Source: Planctomycetota bacterium (GTDB lineage: Bacteria > Planctomycetota > UBA1135 > UBA2386). From it: a DNA stretch of 64,000 bases. The translations under genes and the position numbers were made by a program. Under the pieces are notes generated by a model. That model was given only the letters and a program-made list of their open reading frames with translations. It was not told where the DNA came from and did no database searches. Positions 29,262 to 38,463 of this stretch are shown one piece after another (positions within the stretch are counted from its first letter, which is position 1; each line of letters opens with the position of its first letter). The stretch is taken from the NCBI GenBank assembly GCA_965228735.1, contig OZ245838.1, positions 3,872,001 to 3,936,000 on the forward strand, read 5' to 3'.

Positions 29262-29300
29262 CGGGACTCCAACTGGGTCCGTGCGAAGCTGGGAGTCCCG
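29262..29300. terminator. Inverted repeat between convergent genes
   Basis: CGGGACTCC ... GGAGTCCCG 9-bp arms downstream of the 29239 stop. Confidence 0.3.
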
Positions 29301-29383
29301 ATTCAGCTTCGCCCGCGCTTTCGGGTCGGAACATCCCCGGATGGGCCGCCGATCACTGCCGATCGAGCCCAGGCGCTGAACCT

Positions 29384-30397
29384 CTACGCCGCCGCGTAGG
29401 CGCTCAGCAACCGCGAGACTTCCTGCTCCGGATGGAACCGCCGGCGGAAGTCCTCGCGCACGCGCACGCCGAGCGCGCCGGCCGCCGAACGATTGCGGTA
29501 CAGGGCGAGGATCGCCTTGCACATCGCGTCGTCGTCGTCGAAGAGCAGCCCCGTCTCCTTGTGCCGGATCAGCTCCTTGTTGCCCGGCACGTTCGCGGCA
29601 ACCACCGGGCGGCCGAGCATGCCGGCCTCGAGGATGGTCGGCGCCGCACCCTCGCACTCGCTCGTGTTGAGCACGACGTCCGCGTCGAGGTAGGCCGCGC
29701 CCATGCGGGAGTGCGCGAGTGCGGGCAGCACGCGGATACCGGGTTCGCCCTTGGCCTGCTCGCGCACCTCGCGCGCATACTCGACGTCCTGATCCGGACC
29801 GGCGAGGATCATCTCGACGTCGGCGCCGGCCTTGCGCAGGATGCGCACGACCTTCATCGCGCGGTGCTGGCCCTTGATCGGCCGCAGGCCGCCGGGCAAG
29901 AACACGAGGAACCGCTGGCGCGGAATGCCGAGACTGCGACGCAGATCCGTGCCGTCGGTCGCGAGGCGCTCGGCCGATCGCGGCACGATGTCGATGCGGC
30001 CGACGGCGTCGGGCACCCGTTCTTCGACGAGCAGCGCGGCTTCACTGTTCGGCACGAGCACGCGGTGGCTGCGCGCGAGCACCTCGCAGACGAGCGCGCC
30101 GTGATTCTCGTCGAGCATGTCGTGGTGCAGGTCCTCACCGCTGACGGACACGACCCACGGCAGCTTGAGGCCGAGCAGCGGCACCCCGCTGCGCAGCGCG
30201 TCGTGCGCGTGCACGATGTCCGGCTTGAAGCGTTCGATCGCGCCCTCGAGCGACTGCTTGATGCCGCCCTCGTCGGTGTCGCCGAAGATCTCGCACAGGT
30301 GACCGCGCTCCTGCAACCGTTCGCGGTAGCGCGCCACGGTGGACCAGCCACCGAGGTGCAGGTGCGACGGGGCAGGCGTGAGCAGCAGGACCTTCAT
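29384..30397 (-). CDS. Glycosyltransferase family 4 (SenB/GLT1D1-like features)
   Basis: PDIVHAHDA, VVSVSGEDL, PGGLRPIKG, LNTSECEGAAPTILEA (E-x7-E), PVVAANVPGN; start MKVLLL. Confidence 0.85.
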   Translation of the reverse strand: MKVLLLTPAPSHLHLGGWSTVARYRERLQERGHLCEIFGDTDEGGIKQSLEGAIERFKPDIVHAHDALRSGVPLLGLKLPWVVSVSGEDLHHDMLDENHGALVCEVLARSHRVLVPNSEAALLVEERVPDAVGRIDIVPRSAERLATDGTDLRRSLGIPRQRFLVFLPGGLRPIKGQHRAMKVVRILRKAGADVEMILAGPDQDVEYAREVREQAKGEPGIRVLPALAHSRMGAAYLDADVVLNTSECEGAAPTILEAGMLGRPVVAANVPGNKELIRHKETGLLFDDDDAMCKAILALYRNRSAAGALGVRVREDFRRRFHPEQEVSRLLSAYAAA

Positions 30398-30492
30398 GCT
30401 TTCCGTCCTTTCGGCAATCGCGGCGGTCCCTCTACAGGCCCTCGGGGCGAACCCGCACTCGCGCCGCGGCGGCGGATCCGGCGCCCGAGCCC

Positions 30493-31299
30493 TCAGCTGC
30501 GCCTGCCGGCGCACGCCCGCCGCAGCGCCGCGGCCCGCTTCGGATCGACCGGGTTGTCGACCTTGCCACCGCGCTTGACCGCGCTGCCGACGATCGCGCC
30601 ATCGCACCGCGGCCACAGCGTCTCGGCGTTGTCGATCGCGAGACCCGAGCCGAGCCAGGTCGGGAACGCGCCGACGGCCGCCCGCACGGTGTCGAATACT
30701 GCGACATCCACGGGCTGGCCGGTCCGGTCGCCGGACAGCACGATGCCGGCCGCGCCGCTGCGTTCCGCGAGGTCCGCCGCGGCCACCGCAACGTCGCTGC
30801 TGCCGAGCGGCGTCGCGTGCTTGACGTGCACGTCGGCCAGCACGTCGATGCGCGCGGCCGCCTTGCCGAGCTGCTGCTTGTACGCCAGCAGTCGCGCGGC
30901 CTCGCCCTCGATGATGCCCTGATCGGTCGCATACGCGCCGCTGAGCACGTTGACCCGGATCCATTGTGCGCCGCACACGGCCGCCGCACCGAGCGCGGAG
31001 CGCCCGTCGTTGCGCAGGCAGTTGATCGCGATCGGCAGCTCGTAGCGTTCGGCGAGCTCCGCGCCCACGACCGCGAGCGCAGCGGGTACCGCCGGATCGA
31101 CCGGGTCGTCGGCCGTGCCCTTGCGAAACGGCGCGTCCCCGAAGTTCTCGATCACGAGGCCGTCGAAGCCTGCGGCGTGGTAGGCGGCCGCATCCGCGGA
31201 CGCGCGCTGCCGCACGTCGCGCATGCCGCGATGCCCCACGGAGCCGGGCAACGCGAGCAGGTGCACGACGCCGAGCAACGGCTGCCGGCGCGCGCTCAC
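30493..31299 (-). CDS. BtpA/SgcQ family TIM-barrel protein
   Basis: GVVHLLALPGS, GLVIENFGDAPF, INCLRND, ADVHVKHA, DGAIVGSAVKRGG; GTG overlaps the upstream stop. Confidence 0.9.
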   Translation of the reverse strand: MSARRQPLLGVVHLLALPGSVGHRGMRDVRQRASADAAAYHAAGFDGLVIENFGDAPFRKGTADDPVDPAVPAALAVVGAELAERYELPIAINCLRNDGRSALGAAAVCGAQWIRVNVLSGAYATDQGIIEGEAARLLAYKQQLGKAAARIDVLADVHVKHATPLGSSDVAVAAADLAERSGAAGIVLSGDRTGQPVDVAVFDTVRAAVGAFPTWLGSGLAIDNAETLWPRCDGAIVGSAVKRGGKVDNPVDPKRAAALRRACAGRRS

Positions 31300-32273
31300 G
31301 ACCCGCCTCCGGCGCTGGCCTTCGGGTGCGTTCGCGGCGGCGTGCCGCCGCCCGCGAGCAGCGCCCGCAACCACAGCTTCGAGCCGCGCCAACTGCGACA
31401 GAACGTGCGCGCCTCGCGCATCAACACGCGGGCGCCGGCCGGGTCACGGGCCAGCAGCCGCGCCTCCGCGAGGTCGAGTCGGCTCTCGCACTGCCGCCGC
31501 GCGATCAGCTGCAGGAAGTGCGCCTCGCCGGCGTGCTGGGTCGAGACCTTGCGCATCACCGCGCCGAGGCTCTGCAAGAACACGTCGTCGGCCAGGGCCT
31601 CGCGCGCGGCGACACGATGGAACGCGAGCGGCTCGCCGAGATAGGCCACGGGCTCGCCGTGCGCCAACCGCAACCACAGGTCGTAGTCGGCCAGCGGCGC
31701 GAGCTCGGGCCGTTCGTCGAAACCGCCGGCCGCGAGGAACCGATCGCGCCACACCGCCGTCGTCGAACACACGATCGGGTTGCTCTGGATCAGCCGTTCC
31801 TGCGTAAGCACGGACGCGACCTTCTGGTCCGCGTTCTTCCGGCCGGCGACGCGATCCCCGACGACGAGCCACGCGTCGGTCGCGAGACAACTGGCGCCGA
31901 GATCCGCGAGCTCCTCGAGCACACGGTCGAGCTTGTCCGGCGCGAACCAATCCTCGGCATCGAGGAACGCGACGACGTCGGTGGTGAGTTCCTCGACCCC
32001 GCGGTTGCGCGCCACCGCGAGACTGCCCTCGTGCATCACGCAGCCGAGTCCGAACTCGGCGGCGACGGCCATCACGTCATCGGCGCCGCCGACGCCGCAC
32101 GGCCCGCGGTGGACGACGACGATCGCATCCGCGGCGCGCGTCTGCGCGCTCAGCGATTCGAGCGCGGTCTGCAGGTGCCCGACCGGACCGTCGTGCACCA
32201 CGACGACACCGACCGACTCCGGCTTCCGATCGCCGGCCTCCGTTGCCTGCTCCGCGCTCGTTGTCTCCGCCAC
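31296..32273 (-). CDS. Glycosyltransferase family 2
   Basis: ARNRGV, VAFLDAED (DxD-like), GGFDE, DYDLWLRLA. Confidence 0.85.
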   Translation of the reverse strand: MAETTSAEQATEAGDRKPESVGVVVVHDGPVGHLQTALESLSAQTRAADAIVVVHRGPCGVGGADDVMAVAAEFGLGCVMHEGSLAVARNRGVEELTTDVVAFLDAEDWFAPDKLDRVLEELADLGASCLATDAWLVVGDRVAGRKNADQKVASVLTQERLIQSNPIVCSTTAVWRDRFLAAGGFDERPELAPLADYDLWLRLAHGEPVAYLGEPLAFHRVAAREALADDVFLQSLGAVMRKVSTQHAGEAHFLQLIARRQCESRLDLAEARLLARDPAGARVLMREARTFCRSWRGSKLWLRALLAGGGTPPRTHPKASAGGGS

Positions 32274-32349
32274 GAGCGCTCAAAGGTAGCGTGGCGCCAC
32301 GCGCGCGCCACGGGAACCGCGGCCGATTCGCGGGGCCGGGGCGAGCCAC

Positions 32350-33210
32350 CTACCAGGGCATCTGCCACGTGCGGTAGTCCGCTTCGATCCGCGGCAGCAG
32401 CTCCTCGACGAGCGCGCTGCCGAGCCCGATCGCAGCGCCGGCCTCGGTGTCGAACTCGTGACCTTCCGCAGCGAGCGTCGACGGCAGGTCGGAGCGCCAC
32501 GCGAGGTCGTTGGCCACGTGCACGAGACTCGCGAGATCGCGATGGATCGGCGCGTCCGCGGGATTGTGGTGGTAGCGCACCGCGGTCACGAGCTCTTCCG
32601 GTAGGCGCCAGAGGATGCCGAGCATCGAGCCGACGTCGGCATGGGTGAAGCCGAGGCAATCACGTTCGATCTCGAGCTCGGCATCGGGCCGCGCACTGAC
32701 GGCCTCGAGCAGCTCGCGGTAGCGCACGCCCAAACTCTGCACGAGCACGATGCGGCCGATGTCGTGCAGCAGGCCGGCCATGTAGAGGTGTTCGGGGTTG
32801 CTCTCGGCGAACCGCGGCGAACTCGAACCGAGGATGCGCGCCGCCACGCCCGCGAAGATCGCGTGCCGCCAGAACGCGGCCGGATCGAAGTGCGGCTGTG
32901 GATCGCGCACGTCATCGAACGTCTTGAACACCCCGGCCTGCAGCGCCGTCGCGCGCGTGACATCGAAGCCGAGCACCGAAACTGCGTGGCTGATCGACGT
33001 GACCCGTGACTGCAGTCCGTAGCTGACGGAGTTGACGATGCGCAGCATGTTGGCCGCGATCGCCGGGTCCTTGCTGATGATCTCGGCGGCGTCCTGAGCC
33101 GTGCAATCGGGCGAGCTCAGCGCTTCGTCGAGGCTCACGAGCACCTCGGGCATCGTCGGCAACTCCGTCGCACCGGAGACGACGGCCAGCAGATCAGGAA
33201 CGGTGGACAT
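32350..33210 (-). CDS. HDOD domain protein (paralog 2)
   Basis: LPTMPEVL, SKDPAIAANMLRIVNS, FWRHA, AGLLHDIGRI, GFTHADVG, YHHNP. Confidence 0.9.
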   Translation of the reverse strand: MSTVPDLLAVVSGATELPTMPEVLVSLDEALSSPDCTAQDAAEIISKDPAIAANMLRIVNSVSYGLQSRVTSISHAVSVLGFDVTRATALQAGVFKTFDDVRDPQPHFDPAAFWRHAIFAGVAARILGSSSPRFAESNPEHLYMAGLLHDIGRIVLVQSLGVRYRELLEAVSARPDAELEIERDCLGFTHADVGSMLGILWRLPEELVTAVRYHHNPADAPIHRDLASLVHVANDLAWRSDLPSTLAAEGHEFDTEAGAAIGLGSALVEELLPRIEADYRTWQMPW

Positions 33211-33217
33211 CGTCGTC

Positions 33218-34090
33218 CTACCAGGGCATCTCGGAGGCACGGAAGTCCTCCTCGATCTGCGGCAGCAGCTCTTCGACCTGATCTGGCGACAGCCCGACCT
33301 CGTCGTAGACGTCGTGGTCGAGGCGCGAGGCCACGGTGCCGTTCGTCGACGGCCGCCCCGCGTTCCAGGCCAGGTGGTCCGACAGGTGGATGAGCGAGCT
33401 CAGCGACTTGTGGAACGGATCCTTGCTCGGCGCGTGGTGGTAGCGGATCGCGATCGACAGGTCCTCGGGCAGGAACCACTTGATCGCGAGCACGGAGCCG
33501 ACGTCGGAGTGCGTGAAGCCGAGTTCGTCGAGCTCGACGTCGATGTCGGGCCGGCCCTCGGCGACCGCACGGCGCAGGATCGCGAGGTACCGCGGCGCCA
33601 TGCGCTCCATGAGGATGATCTTGCCGATGTCGTGCAGCAGACCGGCGATGTAGAGGTCCTCACCGTGCGTCTCGGCAAAGACCGAGGAGTTGGTGCCGAG
33701 CGCGCGCGCCGTGACACCGGTGAACACCGCGTGCTTCCAGAAGCCCGCGGCGTCGAAGTGCTGGATCTTCTCGCGCCGCTTGCCGAACGTCGAGAACACG
33801 GCCGCCTTGAGCGCGACCTTCTTCGTCATGTTGAAACCCATGACGGAGATCGCGAGGCTCACCGCGGACACGCGCACCTGCAGGCCATAGTAGGCCGAGT
33901 TGACGATGCGCAGCAGGTTGGTCGCGACCGCCGGGTCCTTGCTGACGACCTCGCCGACCTCCTCGGCCGACACCTCGGGGTCCGCCATGACGTCGTTCAG
34001 CTTGACGAGCACTTCCGGCATCGTCGGTAGCTCGATCGTGTTGTTGACAAGACTGAGGATGTTGGTCGATTGTCCTGTCTGCGAAGTCAT
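33218..34090 (-). CDS. HDOD domain protein (paralog 1)
   Basis: LPTMPEVL, SKDPAVATNLLRIVNSAYYG, FWKHA, AGLLHDIGKI, YHHAP. Confidence 0.9.
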   Translation of the reverse strand: MTSQTGQSTNILSLVNNTIELPTMPEVLVKLNDVMADPEVSAEEVGEVVSKDPAVATNLLRIVNSAYYGLQVRVSAVSLAISVMGFNMTKKVALKAAVFSTFGKRREKIQHFDAAGFWKHAVFTGVTARALGTNSSVFAETHGEDLYIAGLLHDIGKIILMERMAPRYLAILRRAVAEGRPDIDVELDELGFTHSDVGSVLAIKWFLPEDLSIAIRYHHAPSKDPFHKSLSSLIHLSDHLAWNAGRPSTNGTVASRLDHDVYDEVGLSPDQVEELLPQIEEDFRASEMPW

Positions 34091-34117
34091 GGGCTCCCTA
34101 GTGCTCCTCTCGACCCA

Positions 34118-34145
34118 CTATCGGGACTCGCGCGAATCACCTTGA
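34118..34145 (-). promoter_or_regulatory. Possible sigma28-type promoter TCAAG-N15-CCCGATAG
   Basis: Resembles TAAA-N15-GCCGATAA; followed by an SD-like GGAG and the HDOD ATG. Confidence 0.35.
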
Positions 34146-35344
34146 AGGTCATCTTTCTATGTCAGCGCGTGCCCTACCCGCCGGACCGCGGGGACCGCAT
34201 CACGACGTGGCACTTCCTGCAGCATCTGCTGGCGCAGGGCGCCGACGTGCGCGTCGGGTGCTTCGCCGAAGAAGACCGTGACAGCGCGGGAATCGCGTTC
34301 TTGCGCGAGCGCTGCCGACAGGTCTCGGCGCCGCTGCTGCGGCGCGGCACCCGCAAGCTCACGAGCCTACGGGGTCTCCTGACGGGAGAACCCCTGACCC
34401 TGCCGTTCTTCCGCCACCGCGACCTGACCCGGGCGGTGACCGGCTGGCTGCGCGACGATCCGCCGGACCTGGTCTACGTCTACAGCTCGTCGATGGCCCA
34501 ATACGTGATGCGGTCAAACCGCGCGGACCGCCAGGCGCCGCGCGTGATGCAGTTCGCCGAGCTCGACTCCGACAAGTGGCGACAATACGCCACGGCCAGC
34601 GGCTGGCCCGGCAGCTGGATCTACGCGCGCGAGGCGCGGCGGCTGCTCGCGTTCGAGGATCGGGTCGCGCGCGAGTTCGACCTGTCGCTCGTCGTCAGCG
34701 ACGTCGAGAAGGAGCTGTTCATGGCGCGCATTCCGGGCGTCGAACCCGAGGTGCTGCCCAACGGCGTCGACGTCGCGCACTTCCGGACGACGGGCGATGC
34801 GGAACGCCACCCGCGCACCGCGGTGTTCACCGGCGTGATGGACTACGAACCCAACGTCGACGGCGTCTGCTGGTTCGCCGAGGAATGCTGGCCGCGCCTG
34901 CGCGAGCGCTTTCCCGACGCCGAGCTGCTCGTCGTCGGCAGCAAGCCGGTCGCCAGGGTGCAGGCGCTCGACGACCGACCCGGCATCACCGTGACGGGGC
35001 GCGTGCCGGAGACGCCGCCGTTCTTCGACCGCGCGAGCGTCGCGATCGCCCCACTCCGGCTCGCGCGCGGCGTGCAGAACAAGGTGCTCGAAGCGCTCAG
35101 CATGGCGTTGCCCGTCGTCGCGACGCCGCAGGCTTCGCAGGGCCTCGGCCCGGACCTGCCCGCGGGCGCGCTCACCGTCGCGGACGGTGTCGATGCGACG
35201 GTCGAGGGCGTGGCCGAGCTGTTCGCCGATCCCGAACGCGCGCGCCGCATGGGGCAGGCGGCCGGCGCGTGGGTGCGCGAGCACTGGCGCTGGGAACGGA
35301 TGTACGAACGGTTCGACGCGATGCTCGAACGGCTGCGACGCTGA
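34142..35344 (+). CDS. GT4 glycosyltransferase, TIGR03087 (PEP-CTERM/exosortase-associated)-like
   Basis: CQRVPYPPDRGDRI, LDSDKWRQYA, FTGVMDYEPNVDG, PLRLARGVQNKVLEA; TTG start. Confidence 0.88.
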   Translation: MKVIFLCQRVPYPPDRGDRITTWHFLQHLLAQGADVRVGCFAEEDRDSAGIAFLRERCRQVSAPLLRRGTRKLTSLRGLLTGEPLTLPFFRHRDLTRAVTGWLRDDPPDLVYVYSSSMAQYVMRSNRADRQAPRVMQFAELDSDKWRQYATASGWPGSWIYAREARRLLAFEDRVAREFDLSLVVSDVEKELFMARIPGVEPEVLPNGVDVAHFRTTGDAERHPRTAVFTGVMDYEPNVDGVCWFAEECWPRLRERFPDAELLVVGSKPVARVQALDDRPGITVTGRVPETPPFFDRASVAIAPLRLARGVQNKVLEALSMALPVVATPQASQGLGPDLPAGALTVADGVDATVEGVAELFADPERARRMGQAAGAWVREHWRWERMYERFDAMLERLRR

Positions 35345-35365
35345 TGCCCGCGCCGCAGAACTCCG

Positions 35366-36118
35366 CTACTCGGGCGGCGCGCGCAGCTGGAACACGACCG
35401 GCACGTCGACGTCGTCGGCCACGGGCACGCCGTTCTCGGTCGTCGGCGAGAAGCGCCACTTGCGCACCGCGGCGAGCGCGGCGCGGTTGAGCCCCGGGTA
35501 CGGCGAGGCCTCTTTCAGCGCGACCGCGGTCACGTGACCGTCGGGGTCGACGGACGCCGTGACGATGACGGTGCCCTCGCGCCCGAGGCGACGTTCGCGC
35601 TTCGGGTACGGCGGCGGTTCGTTCTCGGCCAGCGGGCTCGCGGTGACGACCGCGGCGACGGGCGGCTCGGGCGGCGGCACCGTCATGGCCTCGACGACGT
35701 CGCGGTCCTCGGGCGTGGCGACGGCCTCGACGGCCGGCCGGGTTGTTTCAGGTCGAGTCGTTTCAGGCCGAGTCGTTTCGGATTGGGGCCGGATGCGCGC
35801 CAGCGAGGCCCGCGGGATCGCGGCCGGCATCACGAGCGGCGGCTCGATCACCTCGGCCGGCGGCCGGCGCTCGGGCAGCGGCGGGGGCAGCTCGATCGGC
35901 TCGGGCGGGAGCTCGAACTCGTCGCGAACGGGCTCGGGCCGCACGGGCGGCGCGGCGTCGTGCTGCGGCTGCGCGGTCGCCTCGGGCACCGGCAGCTGCT
36001 GCCGGATCGCGACCTCGGCGCGCTCACGCGCCGGCCGCGCCGTCGCGCTCGCATACGCGACGACCGCGATCGCGCCGCCGTGGGCGAGCACCGACAGAAT
36101 GAGGAACGAGGTCCGCAC
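35366..36118 (-). CDS. Energy transducer TonB family protein
   Basis: TM with SVLAH motif, Pro/Glu-rich linker, PPYPKRERRLGREGTV...AALAAVRKWRFSP...VPVVFQL; start uncertain. Confidence 0.85.
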   Translation of the reverse strand: MRTSFLILSVLAHGGAIAVVAYASATARPARERAEVAIRQQLPVPEATAQPQHDAAPPVRPEPVRDEFELPPEPIELPPPLPERRPPAEVIEPPLVMPAAIPRASLARIRPQSETTRPETTRPETTRPAVEAVATPEDRDVVEAMTVPPPEPPVAAVVTASPLAENEPPPYPKRERRLGREGTVIVTASVDPDGHVTAVALKEASPYPGLNRAALAAVRKWRFSPTTENGVPVADDVDVPVVFQLRAPPE

Positions 36119-36254
36119 CGGGCGAAGAACGGTAACCGGGCCCGGGGGTTCACGGCCAGTCCCGGGGCGGCGAGCCCCCCTCGACGCCCCCGGACCGACC
36201 TCCGAGCCGCGGCGATTCGCCCGATACGGCCGGAGGAGCCGCCCGGGCGCGGGA

Positions 36255-37526
36255 TCAGTCGGCCGCCGGCGCGAGGCGGAAGATCTTGCCCGTGCGGCCG
36301 CCGTTCTTGACGAAGCACATGACGAGGACCTCGCCATCCGGAGTCTCGGCGAAACTCGCGGGCGGGAACGGCGCGGGCGCGAGCGTGACGACGCGGTGCT
36401 CACCCGTCGTATCGACCGCCCACATGCGCTTCGTCATGAAGTCGCCGTAGACGAAGTGACCGACGAGCTGCGGGATCGCCGTGCCGCGGTAGACGTGACC
36501 GCCCGTGATCGACAGCCCGTCGCGATGCGAGTACTCCGCGATCGGCGGGATCGGATTCGGCGGCGTCTCCTTGCGGCTGCGGCGCGCGACGAACTTCTCG
36601 GTCCCCTCGAACGAGTTCCAACCGTAGAAACCGCCCTTCTCGATGCGGTCGACCTCCTCGAGGCGATTCTGGCCGACATCGCCGGCCCACAACTCGCCGG
36701 TCTTCGGGTCGAACGCCATGCGCCAGACGTTGCGCAGGCCGTAGGCCCAGATCTCGCCGCGCGCACCGTCCCGATCGACGAACGGGTTGTCCTGCGGGAT
36801 CGCATACGGCGAGTCCGCGGACGCCTCGCGCACGTCGATCCGCAGCACCTTGCCGAGCAGGTTCGCGAGGCTCTCGCTGTTGCCGTAGGGATCGTTGGCC
36901 GCGCCGCCGTCGCCGATCGCGACGTAGAGCATCCCGTCGGGACCGAACACGATCGTGCCGCCGTTGTGATTGCCCCACGGCTCGAAGACCTCGAGCAGCC
37001 GCAGTTCGGTCGCCGGGTCGACGACCGGGTGCTCGCCCGAGCGGTCCACGGTCAGACGCGAGATCACCGACTGGCGATCGCTCTTGCGCTTGCGCCCACC
37101 CGCGAGTTCGCCCTCGCGCTCCTCCGTCTGCTCGGACCAGCAGATGTAGACGTGACCGTTCTGCTCGAACGCCGGATCGAACGCGAAGCCGAGCAGGCCC
37201 TCTTCCCAGTTCTTCGTGTAGACGCGTTCGCTGAAGTCGAGGAACGCGTGCCGCGCGCCACTCTCGCCGGCCGCGTCGATGCGCCAGATGTGGCCCGGCT
37301 GCGTGACGACGTAGGCCATGCCCGGATCCGTCTCGTGGTAGGCGACGAAGACCGGCCGATCGAACGGCTCCTGCGCCGGGAACGCCTCGACGAACTCGAT
37401 CGCGGGGCCCGGCCGGGGCTGCCGTTCATCGTCGCCTTGGTCCGACTGCGCGGGCGCGAAGCCGGCCATGGTCACGGCGACGACCAGGGTCCGCGCCAGG
37501 AGGTTCACTGCGAGTGTAGGCTGCAT
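36255..37526 (-). CDS. PQQ-dependent glucose/sorbosone dehydrogenase family
   Basis: EEGLLGFAFDP, NHNGGTIVFGPDGMLY, GKVLRIDV, EIWAYGLRNVWR, SITGGHVYRG. Confidence 0.9.
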   Translation of the reverse strand: MQPTLAVNLLARTLVVAVTMAGFAPAQSDQGDDERQPRPGPAIEFVEAFPAQEPFDRPVFVAYHETDPGMAYVVTQPGHIWRIDAAGESGARHAFLDFSERVYTKNWEEGLLGFAFDPAFEQNGHVYICWSEQTEEREGELAGGRKRKSDRQSVISRLTVDRSGEHPVVDPATELRLLEVFEPWGNHNGGTIVFGPDGMLYVAIGDGGAANDPYGNSESLANLLGKVLRIDVREASADSPYAIPQDNPFVDRDGARGEIWAYGLRNVWRMAFDPKTGELWAGDVGQNRLEEVDRIEKGGFYGWNSFEGTEKFVARRSRKETPPNPIPPIAEYSHRDGLSITGGHVYRGTAIPQLVGHFVYGDFMTKRMWAVDTTGEHRVVTLAPAPFPPASFAETPDGEVLVMCFVKNGGRTGKIFRLAPAAD

Positions 37527-37588
37527 TGCGGTGGGATATAGGACAACGCGGGCTCGCAGAAGCCACAACGGGACGTCAAGATCACCGC

Positions 37589-38350
37589 ATGCTGCGCCTG
37601 ACCGGATTGCGCAAGGCCTACGGGCAGAACGTCGCGCTCTCTAACCTGGACCTCGAGATCCCGGCGGGCGAGATCCTCGCGCTGCTCGGCCCGAACGGCG
37701 CCGGCAAGTCGACGACCGTGAAGTGCATCGTCGGCCTGCTGCGGCCCGATCGCGGCACGGTCGAGATCGACGGCATCGATGCATGGCAGCACCCGACGAA
37801 GACGCGCGGCCTCGTCGGCTACCTGCCGGAGATCGCACGTCTGCACGAGGCGCTCACGCCGTGGGAGTTCCTGCGCCTCAAGGGTCGGCTGTTCGACCTC
37901 GAGGACGATCTGATCCGCGCGCGCGGCGAACGTCTGCTCCAAGGGTTCGAGATCGGCGACCGCGGCGACGAGCCGATGGCCGGCTTCAGCAAGGGCATGA
38001 TGCAGAAGGTCTCGATCGCGGCCGCGCTGCTGACCGAGCCCAAGGTCCTGGTCTTCGACGAACCGCTGTCCGGCCTCGACGTCACGACGACGCTCGTCGT
38101 GAAAGAACTGATGAAGGAGTTCGCGCGTCGCGGTGGCAGCGTCCTCTACTGCAGCCACCTGCTCGACGTCGTCGAGTCGGTCGCGGACCGCATCGCGGTC
38201 ATCGGCAAGGGCGAGTTGCTCGCGGTCGGCACGGGTAAGGAGCTGCGCGATCGCGCGGGCACGGGCGACAGTTCGGCCCTCGACACGGTGTTCCGCTCGC
38301 TCGTGCAGGCCAGCGACCCCGAAGCCGCAGCCCGCTCGATCCTCGGGTGA
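37589..38350 (+). CDS. ABC transporter ATP-binding protein (ABC-2 type)
   Basis: GPNGAGKST, FSKGMMQK, FDEPLSGLD, SH switch. Confidence 0.92.
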   Translation: MLRLTGLRKAYGQNVALSNLDLEIPAGEILALLGPNGAGKSTTVKCIVGLLRPDRGTVEIDGIDAWQHPTKTRGLVGYLPEIARLHEALTPWEFLRLKGRLFDLEDDLIRARGERLLQGFEIGDRGDEPMAGFSKGMMQKVSIAAALLTEPKVLVFDEPLSGLDVTTTLVVKELMKEFARRGGSVLYCSHLLDVVESVADRIAVIGKGELLAVGTGKELRDRAGTGDSSALDTVFRSLVQASDPEAAARSILG

Positions 38351-38463
38351 ACATACGGAACCCCCCGTCGCGTCTCAGCGTGGGGCGCCGTGCCATCGCG
38401 GGTTCGGGCTCTCGGTGACGGTCGGCGGTCAAGCGACCTCACGGGCGAGCCGATGCCCCTCGC

